The notes beneath the pieces are model-generated. The model worked only from the letters and a program-made list of their open reading frames with translations. It was not told where the DNA came from and searched no databases. From assembly GCA_046563655.1 (NCBI GenBank), contig CM102286.1, positions 9,610,001 through 9,674,000 on the forward strand: a DNA stretch of 64,000 nucleotides, written 5' to 3'. Below, piece by piece: positions 39,657-51,097 of the stretch (positions within the stretch are counted from its first letter, which is position 1; the number at the start of each line of letters is the position of its first letter). The stretch is from Yuukianura sp. NJ FZ-2021. Its lineage: Eukaryota. Made by a program: the position numbers and the translations under genes.

Positions 39657-42638
39657 ACATCGCTTAATTACCAGGACACAAGGCTTGCATTGCACCCCAC
39701 CATTACCTTGAGTCCTCACTAACATCTCTTCCATAAAATCGTCCCTCCCTCGTCGCTCCTTGGGGAAGAGTAACAGGGCCAAAACAAGAGCATCCTCAAT
39801 ACGATCTGGTCCAAGTTGTACACCTTCGCTTCTCGTTGTCATCACACCCGAGAGAAAAGTAGTCCTCACTACTAAAGCACTAATTTACCAAAGTTTAGTT
39901 ACTAACAGCTCAACTTGTAATTAAAAAAATTCTTTATAATTCCCAAGATCGAATGAGTCGTTCAAAATCCGACTTATTTGCAATGAGTTCCTGCTCATGC
40001 TTTCGGCTTAATGCGATGATTCGATTCTCCCTAAAACAATTTAAATAATTAGTTAACTTGACTTTAACTTTAACAAAGTATTACGGTCAAAAATATTTCA
40101 AGAATATCGTATATGTGATTTTACCTGACCTGCTTATGATGGCATTTTCAAGATCTTCTTCCAGCTTTCTTTCAATTATCGCAGTGTTGTGTATGTGGTT
40201 CAAGTTTATTCAGTTCTTAAATGGATTGTGATAACCAGATGGTTTTAAGTTTTACATTAGTCTTTTTATACTAACGAAAGTGAAAGGGAGAGGAGGAAAT
40301 TGCATAATAACGCAATGCTGCTTAACCTAACAATGCTTGGGTGTGAGTGACCCTATTTCTTGACACCATTACATAAGGTTGCGTGTGAATGCGTACCTTG
40401 GTTAAGTATGTCAGATCAAACGAGTTTTGTTTGCTTCTGAGAGATTATGTAATACATTACACGCAGCCCCGCGCAACCGTCCCTCCAATTCCCCTCTCAA
40501 TCTAGTAATTTCAGCCAGTTGCGTTTCCTTAAAAAATCATAACACATTTCAAAAATTTTTCTTTGGAAAAGTTACAAAAATTGAATTTTAAACCTAACTT
40601 ACGGATCCACTTTCCTTTTCAATTCCTCAACTCATCTGCACGTTAGCTGCATGGCACTTGTGACGGCATTCACGACTTGGCCAAAAAAAATTTTTTTAGG
40701 AAAAATGGTGTTTGAAATGTTATGCATAAAACAACTACTAATTAAAAGATTTTGGTTACCTCGCATCAAGTAATCACCCGCCCCATAATTCTGCATAACA
40801 TGGAAACCTTTGGCCTCATGTGCCTTTGAGAGAATTGGTGTCCCACACTGCGGGCTTGGTACCGGAAATGGACACGGAGTGCTTAAAAACAGTTTGCTTG
40901 AATTAGCTAACCATAGTAACTGATTAACCTAACAAACGGCCAACCTTCTGCGCTGTTTTTGGATGTTGACAACAGTTCCCACCGCTATGATTTTTTTCAT
41001 TAAGCATCTGCAAAACAAAAATATCGAATTAATTTACCTCATTGAGATAACAAAAGAGTTATTTTTCAAAAGATATTCTAAAACTCACCAGTGGATAGCA
41101 ACATTCAGTTACCCACACAGAAGCATGAGCGCCTGAAACCTCCACAAAAGCAGCATTATTATCTATAATTGAAAATTTACGCAGGCATCTTGCTTTTCTT
41201 AGTCAAAGCTGTCGTGTAATTGACACGGCCACTCTGGAAGTCAGCCACTTTTAAACACTCTAAAGTTAAATATTTTAAGATCTTCAGCTTCAAATGTATG
41301 TGGTTTGCACAACCAAAGTCAAAGGGTACATTTGACCAAAACTATCATCTAGGAAATAGTTGCTAGAAACCTTTGAAGCTATTTGAAGCTACTAAACTAC
41401 ATCTAAACGTAATTACAAAATTTTATATCACCTAACTCCGTGTTTCGACCCCATTCTTTTCATCATTTTTAGTACTACGTCACAAATACAGGCAAGACTA
41501 GAAAATTTCATTCGAATTAAAAAATAGTTCACATTGAACTTCAAAAAAAAAACGTTCAATTTTGAAAGAAGATTTAAGTAAAATTATGAACTTAACTTAC
41601 ATGTTTGACACGCAAAAAAACCAAGCACACTTGAGTTGTTATCTCTGACAGCTACACTGTCTTTGGATTCCTTGGTGAAAACTTTGAAGTTTTGCTCCAA
41701 AAATCCTTGGTAGGATCAACCAGGTCACTACTGGTTGTCCAGGAAGTCCAGTTGAGGTGAATTGAGGTCAAATCCGGGTCAATGGAGGCAGTAGCGTTTC
41801 CAGACACGGGGAAGGAAGATGGCTGCTACTTACTGGGAACTGGAGTGACGGGATCCTTTCTGTGTAAGTTGTTGTATTGGACTGTCGAGAAGAAGATGGA
41901 GGAACATGAAGAAGACGGAAACTGCCAGGAGGAGCTGTTGAGGTGTCTGAAGCAACCATCCTTGGTTGTGATTGGCTGCTGAATTGTGCTGGTGGTCTGG
42001 CGTCTCCGGAACAGGGGGACGAAGGGAATTGTTGTTGTGCTGCTGGTGCTGAGTGGAGCGGAGGAGGACGAGGGAACCGTATAGGGTTAGAGAGGGGGTT
42101 GTGGGGATACCTCCCCGCACATGCCACAGTCAACTTACGTAATTCGGCTAAAAACATTAGTCAATGGTTTGGGTGGGGAATGGCCCACCCTTCACCCCTT
42201 TTCTTTTGCACAAAACGTTTTTCTTTTTGCACTTTTGTGCAACTTTTTATATTTCGTTTTTTCCCAATGCTCACTGTATGTTTAAGAGTTTAATTAGTTT
42301 TTAATTAGTGTTTTGCGGTTTTTTTTTGAAAAAATAAAAAACGAAATATGATGGGAAGAAGATGAAAGTAAGAAGAGAGTTTTTCTTTGTAGAAACAAAA
42401 AAAAAGCATCAAAGAAATGTCAAAATGCTCTTTTTATTTTAGCTTATAGATAACTCGGAAATTTGCCTTGCTGTGTAGAAATCTTGGAAGGAAGTTTTTT
42501 TTTCTACATGTCCTCTTTAGAGAACATAAGAATAGAACGATGGCCTGTGACTTTTAGCTTAAGATAAGGGCCTCAGAGGCCAATTCAGTGGTTTCTGCTA
42601 GAAGTTTTTTTAGTTCATCTTTTGCTCCAATACTCAAA

Positions 42639-43127
42639 ATGCCGAAGCAACGGAGACGGGGTCAAGGACGTGGACGACGCTCCAAAACTGAATCAAGTCC
42701 CGGAAATTCAGCACCTGCGGTGAGTAAAATATTAAACCCGGCTTTAAACGGCGCATCAAGGCTTCAGAAGCTTTGATGTGCCGATATTCTGGTAAATTAT
42801 TTGTCTGGCTCTGTCTTAGCTAAATAAGACGTTGATGCCAACAATTTTTTACCTTAGGATCGTAATCAAGCGGAGCTCCGTCTTAGTTTAGTAAGACGTA
42901 GAAGCTTCCGTTTGGTTGCCATAGGAGACGCAAAATTTTTATCGATCCGTCTTAAGTCACTAAGATGTCGAAGCGAGAAAAATTTTGCCGTGTACCGTAA
43001 ACTACCTTGTAGGTGCAGGTACATACGGCTCGGTTCATCGCAATCAATTATTTTGTTTCTAATTTTGATTGCGAGAACTCTAGTTGCCCAAGTTCTAGTA
43101 GGTTATAGTTTCTTTAGCATTATATAG
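42639..43127 (+). CDS. Putative small Arg-rich protein, 2 exons
   Basis: ATG 42639; exon 42639-42719 (MPKQRRRGQGRGRRSK...), donor GTGAGT, acceptor TTAG; exon from 42858 is in frame with ORF 42912-43127. Confidence 0.45.
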
Positions 43128-43197
43128 TTGGCCCTGCCTGCCTCCGAAATTTGATAATAGGCTGTGCCTTCTATGCAATGCTCTTGTTGCTATAAGT

Positions 43198-43462
43198 GAC
43201 ATAGTACGACAGGCAAGTATGGACGTGTACCTTCAAAGAAACTTTACGGTACTCAGGGAAATTTTTTTTTTGAAACCGGCAAAACCAATTTCGTTTTTTT
43301 TTGTTGTGAAGTTCCAAATGCTGCTTTAGGTTACATAGTATGACAGGCAAGTATGGCTGGGAATATTCAAAGAAACTTTACGGTACTCAGGGAAAGTTTT
43401 TTTTTTTAACTCGGCAAAACCAATTTTGATTTCTTTTTGTTGTAAAGTTGCAAATGCTGCTG
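43198..43462. repeat. About 134-bp tandem duplication (2 copies)
   Basis: ACATAGTAYGACAGGCAAGTATGG...TTCAAAGAAACTTTACGGTACTCAGGGAAA occurs twice. Confidence 0.85.
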
Positions 43463-43922
43463 TAATTTGCAAATTTAAGTTGATTTTCATTTTTTAATTA
43501 AAGTAATTTTCTGAAAAGTTTCCAACCTAGCCTGAGCTACATTTTCTGTAAAAAGCGAGGCAGTGGAGGTGCAGGAGGAATTCCCGTAGAAAGCGTAGAG
43601 ACGACCTTGGCCTTTCTTGGTTTTGGCTCCGGTGGCTCAGGCTTAATCTCTTGTAGCTCGTGATATTGTCCGTTTCCTCTTCTGCTCTCCAGTTTCCTAA
43701 TGCTACTTATGATTGCTGCGTCCTGATTTAAAAAAAAAACTTTTTAATTTGAAAAGTATGAATTTAAAAGTTTTTTTTTTATTAACTACTCACCCATCTT
43801 CAGTTCTTTCTATTGATTTCGAATTCGGATTGAGGATAAAAGATTGAAAATTGATTGAGCCCTAACCTTTTTTATATGGGGAAGTGTCGAGGTGCTTCCT
43901 TGAAAATGAACTTGAAGGTCAA

Positions 43923-44562
43923 ATGCCAATGTTCAATCGGTTTGAAAATTCCCGAGTACACCATTGTTTCATTGTTCTAAATTTTTACATTCAGTTTTTT
44001 TTTGTTCTAATTTCAAGGCTTACGACAATAACTTCTTTCGTTCCGGGCATTATGCTCACGACTTTGAAGCCCGCGCCAGGGCCATTTGGGCTCTTGAACT
44101 GGTAATTATCTCAATGGAATCTCGATCACAAAGTCGAAAAACAATACATGTTTTTTTATTTTCAAGGATGACCCAAACAAAGGAAGGTATTTGAACCAAC
44201 TTAAGCGGGACAAGGCGTCAGCCCGCAAGAAGGCTAGGAGGGAACAGGCGCAAGATACGGAGAAAACAACGACGGTGACGAACGTTTACTTCTGCTGTGC
44301 GTCATCGTCATGTTCTTCGACAATTAGGCCGCCGCCGCCTCCTCCCCCGCCACCGCCGCCGCCTCCCCCTCCCCCGCCCTCGGCACCAAGGCCACCACCA
44401 CACCGATTGCCAAAATCAAATCTCTCCCTTTGGCCTCCGCTTCCGAAGGGTCCACCACCAGAACAGACGGTTCGAAACTACCAACTCCCTCCAATCTACC
44501 CACCAAACTCTGTCATTCCACCCATACCTTACCAAAAATGGCTTCTTGAAAGGCTAAAATAA
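43923..44562 (+). CDS. Putative polyproline protein, 3 exons, about 170 aa
   Basis: Exons 43923-43955, 44018-44101, 44167-44562 join in phase 0; long uninterrupted proline run; AATAAA overlaps the stop. Confidence 0.55.
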
Positions 44563-44657
44563 AATTACAATCTAAAAATTACAACACCGAGTCATTCGAT
44601 TGGATGTTTTTTTAATTAAAATTTAGATTTTAATTCGTTTTAACAAACGAATTAGTT

Positions 44658-45073
44658 TTAAAGTGTAGACTCTGCGTCATTGAGTATTGGATTCAATTCC
44701 ACATCGCTTGATCCGCGCAGGCGCGCCCATCGGTTTGCGAAATTTCTGCGATATCTGATGAGTAGGTATACCGCTAAAATGAAGCAGATGCCCAGAGAAC
44801 CTGCGCAAGAAAAAAACAATTTAAGAATTCATTCTCCAATTGACAATAGTATTTTTTTTGACCTACCAACTATTAAAGTAGTACCCAGGTTTGAGGTCGC
44901 ACTGGGTCCTGGAGCGGGCGGACAGTCTTCCGAGTCCATTGGCCCAACCACAAATTCGACTACACCCTTGGCCTCAGTGTCAAGGTCGGCCACGCACCCC
45001 TGGGTTTCATTGCTTACGTAATAGGTGCATCCGTTCCCTGAACATTCGACGCAGTTTTGAAACTTGGAACAAC
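44658..45073 (-). CDS. Putative small single-pass membrane protein with a Cys-rich PSI-like ectodomain (start not resolved)
   Basis: Exons 45073-44867 and 44800-44658: CSKFQNCVECSGNGCTYY...C...C, then TTLIVGSLGICFILAVYLLI followed by RYRR; upstream minus-strand CTATAAAAAGGG at about 45278-45289. Confidence 0.6.
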
Positions 45074-45542
45074 CTAAACAGAACAAAACCCGTAAGACTT
45101 TTGTTCTGAAAATGATCGTTTACTGCTAGGAGACTCGCAAATTGCAGAGAAGAGTAACTTTTATTTTCAGAAAGTTTTGTTTGAAAGGTTATTGAACTCT
45201 TGTCGGTTAGCAAACCGGCAGAGTTCTAGTCTGTTTAAGATTTGGATTAGAAGTGAAGTCTGGAGGTCACGGCCGAGCCCTTTTTATAGGCATCGTACAC
45301 GCGCCGTAAAGAACAAAAGACTAACGGTTAACAGTTTGAAAATCAATTTTTGACATAGAAAACTGGTTTGAACTAGATTGTTGTGTGCAAAACAGATAAT
45401 TTGCAGAAAGAACAAAAGATTAAAGGCAATGAACTCTAACTTAGACATAGAGACTCTGGTTTTAACTGGATTACTAAAGATTTGCAGAAGTAAAGATTAC
45501 CATAATTTTTCTTGTTGTTTACTTCGTAACATTACTTCCTCC

Positions 45543-46202
45543 TTAGGCTTGGAATTCTCCTGAATTCCGTGAAATTGGTCGTTGTGGGCAGGACTTCTGT
45601 TTGTGTCCGTAGTCGTTACAGATGAAGCAAAGTTTCGGCCGATGTCGCTGTGGGTATTCCGGGGTCATTGAACGGAGAGTGGCTCGTAGGTCACGCGGAT
45701 CGGAGAGGACGACGATAGGACGTCCTGATGACCTCGGTTGACCTTGCGTGATTTGAGGGGGCAGTGCAGTGCTCATCCTGGGGAAGTTGTGCTGTCGTCT
45801 ATCGTGTCGGCGGATGGTAATTGGTCGAGGATCCGGATTAGTAGGAGCCGGATTGGTAGGAGCCTTCTTCTTCTTGGGGATTTTCCACTTTGAAAAATCG
45901 GTCCTTCCGTCCGGTGGGTTGACATCAATTAGTAGAGGCATAGTGGAGGATCCGGAAGTGGTAGAGTTGGTAGAAATGGCTGGAGATGGGGTCGATTGAG
46001 ACATCTGGAGTTCTCGCATCTGACCTGTAAAAATAAAAGAGAAATATATTAGAGATGAAATGTACATAATAAATTAGAAGTTGGGGAATGGAATGGAGAG
46101 TGCAGACGTGAACTTACATGACCTGTAAAGGTCAAAAGTCGCCTTACGTGAGACTTCTTCGTCAATTTGACGAAGATGAACATCTTCTGCGTCTACGTCC
46201 AT
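45543..46202 (-). CDS. Putative CCHC zinc-knuckle protein, 2 exons, overlapping the integrase 3' end
   Basis: ATG 46202; exon 46202-46118, intron GTAAGT...TTTACAG, exon 46024-45543 in phase; CFICNDYGHKQKSC fits CX2CX4HX4C. Confidence 0.65.
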
Positions 46203-48270
46203 TGTAGTAGGTCCACTCACCATAACGGTCTTGTGGTTTCCTTGTACGTCCAGTTCTCCTTGGAGTGGCTGTGTCGTTGACCTTTGGCTTGGCAGGAGCA
46301 AGAAGAGACGGGTCTTCTTCTTCAGATGATGAAGATGAAACTGGAGTGACAACTGCTTCGTCATCCTCAGGCTCTTTTATAGCCTTGGGGTCATCGGCAC
46401 TGTCACTGTCACTTTGTGTTTTTGCACGAGGAGTGCTCCTACGTGACTTTGAATGTCCAGAATGTCCAGTCAATGACCGATAACTGGAACTAATGTCGTG
46501 ACTTGAACTTTTCTTGTTTGAATTTGCACTAAATTGCCTAATTTGACTACTACCTGTAGAGTTGGATTCTCTACTGGAAATTTGCTTATGCTGATTCTTT
46601 TTGTTTACATCAGTAAACACTGAGGGGTGAGACGAATCGGCGGATTTAGCCGATTTCGCGCAGTTTCCTTCTTTCCCTCTGAGTCGCACGTAGCGTCCAT
46701 GAGATTTAGGTTGATGCTTCTCCGAGTGATCAGTGAAGCTACTTTCACTTTCACTTTCGCTCTCACTATCAGAGCTGGGCACAAATTCAGAGTTAAAATG
46801 CTCAATGTCTCTGACATGAACAATTAATTTCTTTGAACGTGAGTTTAATTTCTGAATTTCGAAATTAACATCACTCGTTTGTCTTAAAATTTTGTAGGGA
46901 CCATCTTTTTGAGCAATAAATGCTTTTGTAAGCCCTTTCTTATTAATTGGCTTTGATCTCAAAACTAATTCGCCCTTCTTAAAAGTTTTGTTAATTCGAT
47001 TTTTATCGACTCTAGCTTTGGATTTTTCCTGATTTTTCCTAGAATTCAGTTGAGATTCATGTCTAGCTTCATGTAATCTCTCCAAGTCAATTTCTTGGTC
47101 CGAATCGAAGTTTGGAAGTGCTAAATCAATTGGTAAAACAGCTTCTCTGCCAAATACCAAGTAAAATGGCGAAAATTCAGTAGAACAATGCTTTTGGATG
47201 TTGTAACTGAAAGTTACTCTGTCCAAACATAAATCCCAATTTTTCTGATTTTCGTCAACTGTTTTAGCAATTGACTTTTTGATTGTTTTGTTGCAGCGTT
47301 CTGTCATCCCGTTTGCTTGTGGGTGATATGGCGCTGTAAATTTCAGTTTAAAGCTGAATTCTTGCGCAGACGCTTTCACTAAATTTGAAATGAATTGTCG
47401 TCCTCTGTCAGTTACAAATTCTTTCGGCAAGGAATGCTTGAAAATGATTTTGGATCTAATTGCCTTGACTGCTTCCTCTGCCGTAGCTGCAGGAATGGCG
47501 AGTGTTTCGACGTATCGAGTGAAATGGTCTATGAAAACAATGGCGTACTTGTTTCCAGCGTTAGATGTCACTATGGGGCCGACAAAGTCGATTCCCACGC
47601 GTTCAAATGGGCGAGTGACATCGTCAAAACGTTACATTAGACCATATTCAGGGCCAACTCGCTTTCGAAATTTTTGGCAAGTGGGGCAACCGAGAATGTA
47701 TTTTCTCGTATCCCTGTACATTCCTACCCAATAGAAACGACTTCTGAGTAAATCCCAAGTTTTAGTAATGCCCGAGTGACCAGCTAGGTCTCCGGCATGT
47801 AGGGAATCGAATACGATTTTTCGTAAACATTTTGGAAGTACAATTTTCCATTGGTGTCCAGAAGGCGCAAAATTTGGAAATAATAAAATTCCTTCTTGGA
47901 GACTGTATTGATCCAATTGTTTTACATTTGGTCTTGGGATATTACTTTCCCCTTTCTCCTCAGATTCAATGTACAAAATAATTGATCTTAGGAAATTATC
48001 GGATCTTTGCTTGACTTTTAATTCCTTTTTGGAAAATAAATCCGGCACTCCATCCAGAACAAGGACTTCTGAACTGTCCATACTCTCTGGTGGGTCAACT
48101 GGGTACCTTGACAATGGATCAACGTCATTGGCAGTCCTCCCCGGTCTATGGACGATGGTCATATCTTGGTTCTGCAAGGTTATCGACCATCGAGCTAAAC
48201 GACTGTTTACATCTTTTACAGAAAACAACCACCTGAGGGCGCTATGGTCTGTGTTTTCTATAACGACCAC
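46162..48270 (-). mobile_element. Ty3/Gypsy pol 3' half (end of RNase H plus integrase), one in-frame stop
   Basis: TDHSALRWL...RLARW...LSRYP; HHCC zinc motif (LH...GHSG...CPTCQ); GIDFVGP, TDRGRQF, YHPQANGMTER; GPY domain; TAA at 47632-47634; protease and RT are missing. Confidence 0.93.
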
Positions 48271-49314
48271 ATAACGGTCTGTGTAGAACTATAGATTTTG
48301 GTTTTAGAAATGTTTGGTTACTGGCTCTTGGTACCGAAACACGGTAGGAGTAAGTGGTACTTCGTTTTGGCTTGCTTCTGCCACTTCATCTTCAAAAACT
48401 ACGACTGGCTGTATATTTTCAGTATCCTCATACCCGACACGAACCCGAGTAGTGATTTCTCTTCCCTATCTACTTCTTTGCCAGTTCTGAAATAAGGGAA
48501 AACCCTGGGTTTGTTTGAAGTTAAATATGAGTTTGATTTGATTTAACCTAATTGGCAGGTATAAACTTACTTAAATCTCAGCTGATCACTTTTGTACTCA
48601 GTCATAAAGCGTTTCAGGATTTTGAGCAGGGATTTTCGGTGAAACGAAAGGCCAAACTTTTAGTTCATGTTGTCCTTGATTAGATACCATGACACTTGCT
48701 GGTGATGACCGCTCGCTTGTTATGAAATGTAGTTCCCAGTCAAAACGTTAGTTACTGCCACTTACTATCAAACATTGAAGAATTACACACACACATTTTA
48801 GGTGAAACATACCTTGTCCATGGTTGGTGACTCCAGTGGATCCGTGTGTGTTCAGTGATGATAGTTAGTTAAGATTCAAGTACTTAATGATCGTTGAGAA
48901 GATGTTAGAAAGTAAGATTGTTCAAAACAAAGTGATTTTACGTAAACAAAAGATATTTTCAGTAGACTTTTAGCCGGTTTTGATTTTGCAAAACCTGAGA
49001 CTGTTTTGGAGGGAAAATGAAAAGTTAGTTTTATCCCTGTCTCTGGCAAAAGACAAAAACCCAATTTTTATCCTTGCGACAAGGAATTTTGGAGATTTTG
49101 ATTTTGATTTTGGATAAATAGATTTTGGAGACAAGAAAGTGAGATTGATCTTGCAAGATTATTGCTCCCAAGGTCTGCCGAGTAAGAGGTTGGAGATTAA
49201 CTCATGCTTTTTAAAATTTTCCAAGAAAAACGTATTGTTTTGCTCGCTTGCGCCAGATCGTTGTCAAGACATTTTTAATGAAGACATTATCATTTCGCAA
49301 GAAATTCTTGATTT

Positions 49315-49384
49315 GGTTTAAACCAATGGTTTTAAAAAAAAACAAGTGGTTTAAACCATGGTTTAAACCAACATGGTTTAAACC
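49315..49384. repeat. Cluster of palindromic GGTTTAAACC motifs (probable subterminal repeats of a DNA transposon end)
   Basis: Four exact GGTTTAAACC copies within 70 bp; continues at 50619 beyond the retroelement. Confidence 0.65.
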
Positions 49385-49385
49385 T

Positions 49386-50618
49386 TTTTTCTTTTTTTTT
49401 TATTTGTAAAAGCCGCTCCCTTCGGGCTCGAAGCCCATGGAGCCAAAATCAGTTGCCTCAAACGGGGTCACAGGAGTTCGAATGATAGTATCAGATGTGA
49501 AGAGAAGAAAAGAGATTTGGTTAAAATAGAATCTGCTCAGTAAGGCTAAATGTACTACTAAATTAGGGTTACATATCTAAATTTCTAAGTGATGTTGATG
49601 ACTGTTGATTTCAAGAATGTGATGAGTGTTTCGATGATCGGGTTCTGACTAATGTTAGGTCACAGTTCTAAGTTCAATTTTTTTTCCAGCAAATTTTTAA
49701 ACAAAAATCAAAATTGAAAAGTTAGGTTTGGAGGACGGCACCATCAGTGTCCACGGTGAAAGTTTTGATTGACTTTCCATTAATCATGGTCATCTTTCCT
49801 TGTCGGATCTCAAACCTGGCACCGGGATGATCGTTTCTTAGTTGTTTCCTGGCGGCTCTCAAAATTCCCTCTTGTTGACGGTCCATTTTTGTTCTTTCCG
49901 GGTTAATAAAAATTTTCTTCATAAACGGATCATTACGCTGCTGCGACTTTCGTTCCAAAATGGTGTATTTGTCTCGTTCTCTCAGTAACTTTACTTGAAC
50001 AAGTCTGGCTCTTGTGGACTTCCTCCCTAATCTTCGACATTGACTAAAGTCCAGCGATGGAAGGTTCAATTTTTGAAAAACTGTTCTAACGGTTTGGTAT
50101 AGGTCCTCAAATGATTCCTCATTTTCTTCTTCGAGTCCGGCGATGATGACATTTGTAGCAACCAGTTTCTTATTGACTTGATTCAGTTCCTCATCTATGG
50201 CGGTGAATCGGCTGCCTACTGCAATGGGGTCAATGGTGTCAATGCCATTTAACTTTTCCCACATCGGTTGCCATTCTAGGAATTGTTGAACTAAGAAACG
50301 CATTTTTTCTTCTAAAGTGCCAGAGAGAGGGTCACCGCGTTGGATTAAGTCCTTGTTTTTCTTGTCGTCATTGGTCAGTGGTGAAGAAGCTGGTCGTTTT
50401 AATGAAGGCTGTGCTAAATTCGGGTTTGACGAAGATAGACTGGATCTTGAGCTCGAAGAGGAATTGTATGGGTTGATGGTCGGAGAGCGAAGCAACTTTG
50501 ACATTTTCACTATTGTCAATCTTATTGTCCTAACCAATATCTATGATTTAGTAACTGTGATTAAGGAGAGTAGCATTAATATGCGACTGTCTCCGTCAGG
50601 ATCTCAAATCGAACTCAC
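49386..50618 (-). mobile_element. ORF1-only non-autonomous non-LTR retroelement
   Basis: Intact ORF1-like CDS 49722-50537 (NVIIAGLEE...RRLGR...RLVQVKL...IFINPERT); no ORF2; 3' stem-loop 49415-49443; AATAAA plus A-tail; TSD GGTTTAAACCT at 49375-49385 and 50619-50629. Confidence 0.8.
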
Positions 50619-50859
50619 GGTTTAAACCTACTGGTCCTCTAACGATTCGTTGAGCAGTCCTTCAAAGCTGTCCACTGTCTCGAAAAAAACTTCTGGTTTT
50701 TCAACTTTCGCGCTTTCACTAATCGAGGAATCACTCTTTGATTGGTTCTTTTTCTTTATTTCTGTCACTACTATGGAACTTTCACTCTTCTCACTGACTG
50801 ACTTCCCTAATTGAGATGTTCGACTCCTAGTTAGCATTGAGTTGAGAGCTCGTCCACCA

Positions 50860-50970
50860 TCGTTGGATGCCGAGTATCAACTAACGTTTATTCAAAGATC
50901 CACTCACACACACACTCACTCTCAGTGCAAGGGCATACAATGTCCTTGTACTGAAAGTGTGTGTGTAACA
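50860..50970 (-). mobile_element. Probable short 5' LTR with primer-binding site, followed by a gag N-terminal stub (50628-50837)
   Basis: Minus strand starts TGTTAC, contains AATAAA, and is followed by TGGTGGACG (tRNA-CCA-complementary start) and ATG at 50837. Terminal CA is imperfect and no second LTR was found. Confidence 0.55.
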
Positions 50971-51097
50971 ATTGATACCAATATTGGTACCAATTTTTGC
51001 TTTTTTTCATTTTTTCGTCAACAAGTGAGGTAGTACCCAACCTCTTAACGGCAAACAAAACACAACAACAATTTTCCGTTGTCAAGGAACCTTGATT

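Noticed and set aside
40600..41700. IBR/RBR or BED zinc-finger gene
   Set aside because: Only scattered Cys motifs in broken frames; no consistent domain could be assembled.
31000..44700. 3' LTR of the Gypsy element
   Set aside because: No copy of 50860-50970 preceded by a polypurine tract could be found by eye.
44658..45073. Classical env gene
   Set aside because: Far too short and lacks a furin site or fusion peptide; kept only as a small membrane protein.
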